A stretch of DNA of 64,000 nucleotides from Lama glama (lineage: Eukaryota), in the NCBI GenBank assembly GCA_028534125.1, contig CM052818.1:25174001-25238000 (forward strand). Direction: 5' to 3'. This document shows positions 53,019 through 64,000 of the stretch, in pieces. Position 1 is the first letter of the stretch. Each line of letters begins with the position of its first letter. The notes under the pieces are model-generated. The model saw nothing but the letters and a program-made list of their open reading frames with translations, ran no database searches and was not told where the DNA came from. Position numbers and translations under genes: made by a program.

Positions 53019-54289
53019 GTAAGTAGTATAGTCTTAGAATCTTAACACTGAAAATGAATGTTTGAATTAGTCTTTGTGACATGTTGGTACTCAATACAAA
53101 AGCTAGTTGTTAATATTTTCAAAGGCATTTGGGGAGATAAAAAGGTAAGTAATTCTAAAATTCAGAATAAATCTGTGTTGCTGAGATTAAATATTTTCAA
53201 AATTATTTTAAGAGAAACTTAACCAGTTTTGACACTCTCTGATTAAATGTTTTTATGCAAGTTCTTTAATTTTTTTCATTTTTGCTTTGCAGTTTTTGAG
53301 GGGCTTTTTGTATATGTATTTATTAGGATAAATACCGCAATTTTAAACTAGAGTATTGGACCAGTAGCAACACATCTTCTCACTAAATTTATGGGCAGCT
53401 TTTTAAGAGTGTAAGTCACTTTTCTAAACATCAGGGTAGAGCCCAGTCTGTTTGGAGAACCGAAACTCACAAGAAACTAGGTCTACATAGCAGATCAAGT
53501 TTATCATTTATTGAAGGATTACTAAAACGTTCTTTTCATGATTCTTCTTTGTTGGTGTTTTACATACTCCTTTCTAGATATATGATAAAATATTAGATGC
53601 AGTCTTAGAAGCAAAATGCTATGCAAACATTTGAGGTGTTAATATTTTGTGGAAGAATGAAAAATGAGACTTAAAAACCAAGCAGAATTAATCCTAATAA
53701 AATTACTTAACCAGAGTTCCAGGTTATGTTTCAGTTTTTTTCCTTTTCTACTTAATAATGAGAAGAAAGTAACTGTTAAGTGCTCAACATTGAACTGGGA
53801 ACTTTTTTCTTAAATTTAATGGTTATTTTAACCCACTTGACTAAAGGCAGACAAAGGGAGTCTTTAGCTTTTACAGACTTATGGAGTTGCTCTAATTCAG
53901 TATACTAGCCTGCAGGAAAGGAATGTTAAAGAAAAATTCTTAAAATGATTATATTACTTAAGCCTGACATTTATGTAGAGAAGATGGAGAAGGTTTAGAA
54001 GAAAAAGTAGTCATGATGTTTATAAATGCAAATTGTTATTTTCTGCTTCTCTTTTTAAGTTAGCACTGCATGTGTTTAAATTCCATACTAATTTAGTAAC
54101 TGCATTATAGAGCAAAGTTGTTTCACTGTTGCTTTTTTAGAAGCTCCTTAATATGATTTGACTTTGCAAGTTTGCCTTAAAAAGTTATGTTAGCCGGACT
54201 TAACTTCACTTGTGAAAATTTCCCTTTGTGACTTTGTGGCTTTTAGTCTAAGTGTAAATAACTTGGGTTTCTTGGTCTCTGCTAAACAG

Positions 54290-54352
54290 CCCGACAGTGA
54301 TGGTTTTTTGGACAGTTCAGAAGAAATATACTACACTGCAAGATCTAATCTG
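54290..54352 (+). CDS. MAP4K3: MAP4K3 exon 15 (63-nt symmetric cassette exon): PDSDGFLDSSEEIYYTARSNL
   Basis: ctaaacag acceptor; weak CTG|gtattt donor; phase 0-0; peptide matches the long MAP4K3 isoform. Confidence 0.93.
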
Positions 54353-54661
54353 GTATTTCTCATCTTCTGATTTTCTTTGTCAGCATTGTTTTAGTCTTAA
54401 TTGTTCTTAGTTTTTTTTAATCAAACATTTTGTCCAGTTTTAATGAACCAATTTAAGCACTGTTTTATAAGTTCTGCCATTTAGCAAGTTACCATATATT
54501 AAGGATTATAGCAGTTTTTTCTACAAGTTAAATAAACATATTTACTCAAATATAATTTTGCAATTAAAAATTTTAGTGAAAACATTTTATTTTTTCACTC
54601 AAATAGATTTTTTAAGAAATTACATTTCTCTATAAAAATGTATAGTTTGAATAACGCAGCT

Positions 54662-54723
54662 TATCTTAATGAACTAGAAACCTTTTACATATATATCTTA
54701 ATGAACTAGAAACCTTTCATATA
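54662..54723. repeat. Two-copy tandem duplication, period about 32 bp
   Basis: tatcttaatgaactagaaaccttt(ta)catata occurs twice. Confidence 0.9.
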
Positions 54724-56614
54724 TATATATAAAAAACTATTCATAGTGTTACATATATAATACCTGTATAATTTAAAAAATAAGTTACCCCTGATTAACA
54801 GTGAAATCAGCCTCAGGTGAAATTTTAACCTTGTAACATTATATAATACCCAGTTTTCTCTGGCCAAAATTTGGGTTATAAAGACTTCCTGAAGTTATAA
54901 ATATTAAAGCTATCTTACCATTAGGTAAGAAAAGATGAGAAATTAACCCTAGTAAATATTAAATAGTAATTTTAATAGTTGCTATTAAATAGTTCTTTCT
55001 ACTTCTGTAGCTGGCCATGGCCCCAAGTTGCTTCCATTTTTACTCCTAAATTCCATTTTTCTGCCTTTTCAATGGAATTTTCCTTCTCTTTTCTTTGTCT
55101 CTGGCTTAATAACATACTTCTTTAATTTCTGGTTGGTTTAAGTGATTATTTATATAAATTCCTAGATCTATGCCCAATAACATTCATAGAACATAAAAAA
55201 GATTTTAGACATAATTTCTCTTTTTGGAAAGTTGCTGTCTTGATAGGCAGAAAATACTTGCATATATAAACTCTTAGCTCTGCAACAAAATACACAGTGG
55301 ATTGCCAGAATTTTGCCAGGTGGTAACTGTTGATGAGGAGAGGCTTAACATAATAAGTACTATGGAAATCAGAGAAAAGGGAAAAGCTTTTGAGTTGATA
55401 TGGCTCATCTGGCTTCTGAGAGGGACTAAGACTGGTTTCAGTATTGTGTAGGAACCATTACAGATTCTTCAGGAAGAGAATGGACAGATGCCTCCTGTGT
55501 TTTCATGGGAATTATTAATGTGGAAACAGTCACTGGCACAATTTTGAGAGATGGCAGATAAAGAGCTGAAATTCTGAAATGGTTATTCTGCTGAAATTAC
55601 GGGATTAGCTCAGAGAAGGAAGATTGAAGTCATCAAAGAGGATATGCTAGATGAACCCGTGGGATTGCATGTATTGGTCACCACAACAGATGATGCCTGT
55701 GTTTTGCAAAGGTAGAACCAACACTGGAGGTAGGGAAGAAGCAATTGAAACACTAGAAGAGTCAGTAAGATGCACTGTCTTAAAAGAAAAAGGGATGCAT
55801 CAGGTGTCCCAGAGAGGCCAGAAGCATGAGGCTGGAATAACTGTCTGAGGGAACAAGTGAGATGGAATGTCTGAAGCAAGCACTGCCCATGATTTCTGGA
55901 TTAAACGTTTCTTCATAATTAGACATATATAGGCTAGAATGATAATTAGTGAAATTTGTCGTGGAAATGAAAGACCACAGAATCAGAAGTTTAAATTGAC
56001 TGTGCTATTTATTAATATTCTCCAGGAAAAAAACCCAGAAACATACTACTTTAAAATTGCAAATATTCTTCTGACCCTGTGTGTAACTAGCCTGGTAACT
56101 TGAGTAAGTTATCATGGCTCTGTTCCCTAGAACTACCCTCCACGCCCCCCAGGTAATCAGGAGTTTCTTGATAGAGGGAGCAGTTGACAAGAGGGTCTTT
56201 TGACAGAGGAGGGCTTTGGGGGCAGTTAACTTGTGGAGAGTTCTAACAGAAGAGGGATAATGAAATATTTGTCAGATCCTACCATTTATAAAGTTAGTCT
56301 TTAAAAGCTAACACTTATCTATAAGTTTGTGTATACCAGACATTATTCTGAACACTTTAAATATATTAACTATAATCCTTATTTTACACCTAAGGAGATT
56401 TAAGGTACAAAGAAGCTGAAGTTGATCTTAACCACCCAACTAAGTGACAGCAGAGCTGGGGTTTGACCCAAGCAGCCTGGTTCAAGAATTGAAACTCAAA
56501 CCACTGTGCTGTATTGCCGCTACCCAACACTGTCATGATTTTTTTTTTCCACTAATACCAATCTTGTACTCACATTCTCTCTCTCTTTTTAATCAACATA
56601 CATGTTTCACAGTT

Positions 56615-57925
56615 ATTTTTTTATTATGGTAAAGTACGTATAACATAAAATTTACCGTTGTAACCATGCTTAAGTGTACTATAAATGTTTAAGTGGCATT
56701 AAGTATATTCATACCATTGTGCAACCATCACCACTGTCGATCTCCAGAATGTTTTCATCTTCCCATGCTGCAGCTCCTATCGCTTTAACAGGAACTCTCA
56801 TTCCACCTTCCCTCCCACCCCCTGGCGATTGCCATTCTATTTTCTGTCTCTTTGAATTTTTCTGTACTCTGGGTACCTCATGTAATCATACATTATTTGT
56901 CCTTTTATGACAAATGATGAAAGTGAAGTGTCTTGGCATAAAGTCATAACATCTTCAAGAGTCACTCATGTTGTAGCATGTGCTAGAATTTCTTAAGTCT
57001 GAATAGTATTTCATCATATGTATATAACCACATTTTGTTTATCCATTCATCTATCAGTGGACACTGGGGTTGCTTCTACCTTTTGACTATTTTTGAATAA
57101 TGCTGCTATGAACATGGATTACAAATATCTGTCAAGTTTTTACTTTTAGTTCTTTTGGGTATATAACTTGCAGGGGAATTGCTGGATCATATGATAATTC
57201 TGTGTTTGATTTTGGGAGGAATTACCATGCTATTTTCCAGAGCAGCTGCATCACTTTGCAGTTCGCACCAGCAGCACACAAAAGTTCCAATTTCTACGAA
57301 TCCTCTTCAGTACTTGTTATTTTCTGGTGTGTGTGTGTGTTTTATTGAAGTATAGTTGATTTACAACATTGCATTAGTTTCAGGTGTACAGCATAGTGAT
57401 TTGTTTTTTCTTTTTTTTTTTTTACAATTATATTTCATTATAGGTTGTTATAAGATATTGGGGATTATTCCCTGTGCTATACAGTAAATCCTTGTTACTT
57501 ACCTATTTTATGTGTAGTAGTTTGTATCTGTTAATCCCATACTCCTGATTTATCCCTCCACACTCCCTCTCTCTCTTGGTAACCACAGTTTGTTTTCTAT
57601 GTCCATGAGTCTGTTTCTGTTTTGTATATAGATTCACTTGTATTGTTTTTTAGATTCCACATATAAGTGATATCATAGAGTATTTGTCTTTCTGTCTCAC
57701 TTCACTAAGCATAGTATTTTCTGAGTCCATTCACTTTGCTGCAAATAACAATATTTCATTCTTTTCAATGGCTACTATTCCATTGTATGTATATCCCACA
57801 TCTTCTTAAGCCAGTCATCTTTTGATGGCCACTTGGGTTGCTTTTATGCCTTGGCTATTGTAAATAGCACTGCTGTGAACATTGGGGTGCATGTATCTTT
57901 TTGAAATAGTGCTTTCGTTTTTCGG
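56615..57925 (-). mobile_element. L1MB-like 3' end (about 56615-57325) followed by a younger cetartiodactyl-type L1 3' end (about 57341-57925), both antisense
   Basis: aacataaaatttacc...ttgtgcaaccatcacc; tttattgaagtatagttgatttacaac...tagattccacatataagtgatatcata. Confidence 0.88.
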
Positions 57926-58592
57926 TGTGAAGTATCCATGGTTATTTCATTCCTCTGCTTTCATTAGTCCTAAATCCTTGGCATTGTGAATAAGATTTTA
58001 ACTCTTACAAGTACTTATTGCTAGCCACTAGACCACCTAATGATGCCAAAATGCCTAGTAGACAGTTGGCACCAAGATGACAGCCCTAAATCTTTTAGGA
58101 CCCAGAAGAAACATTTACCCTCTTAGAGACCTTGCTCCCTAAAAGTTCTGTGTCATCAATGATTTCTGGTTGTTTTAAGTACGAGGTTTATTCATCTTAT
58201 GATTTTGTAAATGAATTTAGAATATTATACCTCAGTTTTCATTACTATAATAAAATGAATTTTTTAATTAGGTAGTCATAATATATGAAACCAGAAGAAC
58301 AGAATTCGATTTTTAGCATTATTAGTGAATAAAAAAGATCTTTAAATTTTGAAAGATGCCTGAGTTAAAAAAAAAAGAAAAAAGGAAAACTCACCATAAT
58401 TCAATAATTAAATAGTTAAGAGTTTTGCCCATAACTGTAAGGCCTAGGTATATCAATCTACAAGATGCTATCTTTACATTAAAAGATTATTTTATACATC
58501 TGTTCAGCTGATGCTAATTTTTTTCTAATTTGCCTAGTTTCGCTGGACATTTTGGACCATAAGCCAATGAAAAATATATTAAAACTTAATTA

Positions 58593-58802
58593 CAGTTGAC
58601 CCTTGAACAACGAGGGGGCTAGAGGCACCAGCAGTCAAAAATCCAAGTATAACTTTATAGTTGGCCTTCCATATCTATGATTCTGAATCTACAGATTCAA
58701 CCTACAGCAGATCATGTGATAGTGTAGCATGTATTTACTGAAAAAAATCTGCATGTGAGTGGGCCCATGCAGTTTAAACTCATGTTGTTCACGGGTCAAC
58801 TG
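58593..58802. mobile_element. Tigger2-derived MITE (210 bp) with intact TIRs and TA TSD
   Basis: ta|cagttgacccttgaacaac ... gttgttcacgggtcaactg|ta (18/19 inverted match). Confidence 0.92.
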
Positions 58803-61800
58803 TATATGTAAAACACCATATTAATTGCTGTGGAGGAACATGAGTAGTAACATAATCATTGCTTGGAAGAAACTTATGGTATACCTGAAAAAGTAAGAAT
58901 AAAATACTTAAATTATAATTAAAAACATGTCCAAAAGATATACCCAACTGATCATTATCAGTAAACATAACTAAAGTACTTTAAGATTACCCGTGACTTA
59001 GGTCAAAATTGAATGAGGTCTATAAATAAAATTTAATTTATCCTGGAAAAGAAACAGATCGGTTTTGTTAATTTCAAATCTGTTAAACTTCTTTATTATA
59101 AAAGTTATGATGTGTGATCACTTTTCTTACCTGTTATCTATGAAAAAAATTTCTAGGGAGAACTCTTTTCATAATTGCACAATGATAGAACATTTTTTAG
59201 AATTCTAAACCTAACCTGCTGATACTCATTTCCAACCTTGCTGTACAGAAGTCATGTTTATTCAGTTTGAGTCCCCTTAAATCATCTGCTTTTATTAGTC
59301 AGAATACTACTTGGTCAGTTAGTGTTCTGACCCTACTTGCTTTCCTTTTCAAGAAATAAGTCTTTCTTGAATTATCTAGGATTCAATCCCTTTTTACTTC
59401 TGTAAATTATCTACCACATTAAAAGGTATTTCCTAACACCGCATTCATGCCATATTTTTTCATTTTTTGATGTGAAAAAATAAATTCTGCTATTCTCTTT
59501 TTTCTTGATTAAAATCTATTGCTAAAGTATATTTTCTTTTGTGTTTTTGTAGCCAACTGTATCAGTTCTATTGACTTCCTGCTGTTTTCTCATCAGGTAT
59601 AGACTTTGTAATCTCCAGAGGGGTTTAAAAAAAAAAATAAGATTTTCTTGATCATATGTTGTTCTTTTCCAGTGTTCCACCTTACATCCTCTGTTCTATT
59701 TCAGTTCTTGTTGGCACCACAGTTTTCTCAGAGTCTCTATCCTAGGTTCAGAAGTACTCTCCCATTCATCGAAACAAACCACTGCAGTTGGAACTTTCTG
59801 TCTCCAAAAAATGTTTTAATTGGGTTTCGGGTGACCTTCTTAAATTTTTTGCTTGAGTGCTCAGTTTGAATCTATACTAGGCTTTTGCATGTTTTCAGTC
59901 CATGTTGTAACTAATTTGCCTTTACTATGTAGTTAAACATTGTCATTCATTAATAAGTTGATGCCTGATTTATGCTACTAATTTTTTTATGTCTATCCTG
60001 ACATGTTCAGATGTATTCTTACTTAGCCTGTAAAGGAAGGCCATATTTTACCATCACTTTACAAGGTTATTTTAAGTACTGTTCCAAGTATAATTTTGTT
60101 AGCATTTTCCTATTACAGAATAATAACTTTCAAGTCCTTTTCGAAAAGCCGTTTTAGATCAGTCTTTCTTAGACTGCCCTAAAGATATATCAGTGACTAC
60201 CAACTTTGCCCAGGTTTTCACTTTTCTTCCTTTCCTTTTTATTTCTTCTCATTTTTCTTGTCTGGTTTGCTGTCTGAACTCCTGCCACATAATAGGTGCT
60301 CGCTAAAAAATAGTTGAATTAAGTGAGATTAGCTACTTATTAGAAGGACTTAGTGTAATTCTCTTACTTGATAACATGCCTAGTACATTGTTTTTTTTCC
60401 CGTGAATGCTAAAACGTAACTTGATTTATGGAGAAGGGATTAATAAAGAATGAGACCCTTTCAACCTTAGCTTTCCTGGTAGGGCTTAAAACATGGTCCA
60501 TTTAATAATCAGACTTGGGGGAAAAAATCAGACTTGGATCTATCTACAACTTCTCCCTAGCCTGAATGTTATTCTGTATTTGAACCTACACTCAATTTTC
60601 TATTAAAACATTGCATTAGTTACTTTATATTTTAGTTTCTTCTCTTACCTTCCTAAAAACACTGCTGACCTCAGTTGATTTTTTTTTTAAGCATTATCAT
60701 CAATCTGGTAATTGTCATGTTTCAGATGGGCTGACTTTTCTTAACGACACATCTATATTTATATAACAGAAGCCATGGCCACTCTACACACGTGTGCTTT
60801 TGAAAGCTGTCATTTCATTAAAGGCTTAAGAGATTATATTGGTTAAAGGGTTACTGGTCTGGTAGAAGGGCCGAGTTATGTGTAGTGGGAGAAAACAAAC
60901 GAGTTCAGAAGGGTATCCACTGAGATTAGTACTTCTCTATACCAAATACCAAAGTTTAGAGGTTACTATATAAAATCATGACCACTTAGATAGTGTAGCA
61001 TAATAATTGTGTGGCAGTCTTATGATAATAGCAGTTATATCCTAGTAAGGTAAGGTGAACAGCTGTCCTTTTTCATTAGAATTTTATGTGATACCTTGTG
61101 ACAGTTCACTATCCTTTTTTGTTTATGATGTATTATCTTTTCTGTCACCGATAAGAACATGTATTGTTATGCATAGAAGAACACAATTATTGAAGAAGAC
61201 AAAATGTGAGCCTTGGCAAAACCAGGCATTTGACTTTTATTTTCATCAGATATTTTTTTGACAGATCTTGAGGTATTTAAATGTTAAAGTGCTTTTCACT
61301 TAAATGTGATGCATTTCTTAGAAGTCTCACATTGCTAGGCTTAGTACTTTTGTGATATAGAATTATCTATATGTATCTTAATAAAGCTGAAGTGTTAGTT
61401 ATCAATTTACAGTAAAATAAACAAATGGCATTTGAGCAAGCATTTATTTAGGGCCTAGTTAGTATGTGTCAGGCATGATGCCAGACCCTAGGGAAGAAAG
61501 ATGGATTTAATAATTTTCCTTTGTTTCAGGAGCTCACAGCCTAGCTACCATTTTTATAGACTTATAAATTAATTAATTAAAGGGCAGCATAAGTGCTAGA
61601 GAAGTGTGTGTTAAATGCTGTGCAGACATGGAGAAGGCTGCAGCTATCCTCCTGGACAGTCTTGGAAGGCTACTCCAAGGAGGTGACCTCGCATTAAGTC
61701 CTCTTCGTGCATCTGACAATGACTTGTAAAATTAGAAAGCACTTTAAGTATACTATATTCTAATGAAAATAAAATTCATGTAAAATGTTGAATATTCCCC

Positions 61801-62624
61801 ACTTAATGTTAAAACAGTACTTGAAATACAGTGGCTTAAAAGGGGGAGAAAAGGAGAATTTACTCTGTACTTTCCATGGTTGTTGGAAAGCATTTTTTCC
61901 CTCAAAAGACATTTGAGTCAAGCACATACATTGTTAGTTCCTTTAAATTTCAATTCTTAACTCTCTACAACCTTCAGCATTCATTGGAAATGTTTAGATA
62001 TTTGAAGAAATGTCTTAATAATATTCATTTAAAGTTTTGCTGCTTACTCTTTGAAAAATCATTAAAAGTCCTTCATTGCAATTTATAATCTTATGCAAGT
62101 TCACATTTATAATTTACTTTAAAAGAGCACCCTATTTCATATCTTTAAAAAAATTATTATTACTGCATGAAATAGTAGAAATATGTGAATATGTATATAT
62201 ACATAATTTTTAACAATCTCATATACAAAGTCAAACCAAGATTTTTGTTGCTTGTTCTCTTCTGTAATCATTTTTGTTTCATTATCGCTTGAGAATAAAT
62301 ACCTCATTTGAGCTTTTTTCTTTCTAAAAATTGATTTTTTACAAATGTTAATTACAGTAGCAATAACCATAAATGAACCTTGCATATATTATTCAAACAA
62401 ATTCCCAGAAAAATATCGAACTTAAATAATAAATTATATAAATCAGGACTATGAACTTCAGTCTATTTTATTATTGAAAATGTCACCATGCCTTCTTTTT
62501 AAGAACATATAGCAATACAGATTTATTTGAAGTCTGTGTTTCTCTTTTTAAAAGCAATGAATATTAGTGTATCGTGATTTGTGATATACCGCTATTTGCT
62601 AAATATTTTGTTTTGTACTATTAG

Positions 62625-62683
62625 GATCTACAACTAGAATATGGACAAGGACACCAAAGTAGTTACTTTTTAGGAGCAAACAA
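62625..62683 (+). CDS. MAP4K3: MAP4K3 exon 16: DLQLEYGQGHQSSYFLGAN(K)
   Basis: tactattag acceptor; AA|gtaagt donor. Confidence 0.94.
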
Positions 62684-64000
62684 GTAAGTAAAATTCTTTT
62701 AAAATTAAATTTAAACTCAAGAATAATTAAATTGACTTAAAATATATTATATATTAATCATATTTTAAATATTTATAGTAGTAAATTATATTAGTCTGTT
62801 AGATATATTTATAATATGTTTTTTATTGAGATATAGTCTGTAGTATGTTTTTAACTTTTTTTCACTACTACCTTACTAATCATCTCATTAATTGTCATAA
62901 TGGGGACAGTCACCTTAAATTTTTATATCAAGCTACTTTATGGACCTTACTTGTTAGAGAAAACTAAGTACATTCCAACTAAAGATGAGTTTATGTTTCA
63001 GCAACTTTCTTTTATTTGCAAAGCTGATCAGTTTATTCCTTACAGAACTTGCTTTGGTACGTCTCTCAGATGTGTTGGCCTCTGTAAACAGCTGGAAATG
63101 TTCACACTGTTTAGAAATCTTTATCTTTTTAGTTCTTAAGAGTCTTTTAAAAAGTAGGTAACAGCTAATTATCACTTATTTCATGCAAGAAATAAACCCA
63201 ACAGTTATTCAAGGTCTGCTCTACACCAGGCAGTGTCTGGGTGGTACAGCACAGGGGTGAAAAGGCAGCTTATAAGGCATAACAATTTAAATTATTCATA
63301 GGCCTGAATTAGGAAGATACGGAGACAGGACTCCACTATTCCCCATGCAGTCTCATTTCCTGAGTTCATGGACAAATTATCATAATAAAACCTAATTTAT
63401 AAGGAAATACTTAAATTGCCAAAATCTCCTAGCAATCTAGTTATTATTTTAATAATCAGAACTCCCTAAAATTTTAAAATACAATTTCAGTTACATTAGT
63501 GAGTTGAGACATATATATATATATATATACCCATATTTAAGTTAAGCACTTGAGAAATGGTAAATAAAGACAAGCAGCTCAGATTTAGAGATAATAATGC
63601 AAAAATCATGTCTCTCCTTTTTTATAAACTAAATACTGTTTAATTTAAATACACTTAAAACTTAGAGAAGGCTTTGAATGACAGAAATGCATTAATTTTG
63701 ATTTAAGCTGAACTTTAGTTAAACACTATGAAGTGTTTTATTTTTATTACCCTTGCTTATGTTTCCTAAAATGGAAAGTAAGTCTAAAATTTCCTTGGTA
63801 GAAAAATGAAATATTATCTAAATAGTAACTACTTGCTATTTATAGTTTGTCCTAATTTGTTTATGGACAACAAAGGAAAATTTATCTTATAATGAGTTAG
63901 CAAATAAAAAATTCTGAAGTGTTTTTTTATGTTATTCTGTCTGAATTTGAGGTCATTGGCTTTATGGACCTTGTTAGCAATTTTTGGAGACTGGATAATT

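Noticed and set aside
44092..62683. Residues differing from the human protein as I recall it (RPN vs RPT, TQP vs TQH, EIN vs EIT, QSS vs QGG)
   Set aside because: They lie outside the catalytic motifs and look like ordinary interspecies differences; I cannot verify them without an alignment

Overview
This window is mammalian genomic DNA, AT-rich, CpG-depleted and rich in interspersed repeats. It is most likely camelid, judging from Vic-1-type tRNA-derived SINEs and camelid-type L1 3' ends. It lies inside the + strand gene MAP4K3 (GLK, a Ste20/GCK-I kinase). Fourteen coding exons (3-16 by human numbering, recalled from memory) have GT-AG boundaries and splice into one uninterrupted frame from (G)EDFAVVQQE to GANK. 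They cover most of the kinase domain (HRDIKGAN, DFG, Ser170, APE) and the start of the linker. Exons 1-2 and the C-terminal CNH domain fall outside the window. The rest is intron: L1, L2, MIR, MaLR/ERV LTRs, hAT and Tigger DNA transposons, microsatellites and a 100-N assembly gap. I see no prokaryote-type system and cannot support a wholly novel system. The best leads are: (i) a CpG-retaining patch in intron 3 with two exon-shaped units, a perfect CRE and an ETS site duplicated by an L1 insertion; (ii) splicing-regulatory motifs around the 63-nt cassette exon, plus a possible poison exon in intron 15; (iii) a 284-bp palindromic, sub-repeat-built element with an 8-bp TSD nested in an MLT1 LTR. 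Repeat family names come from recognition, not from a database search.
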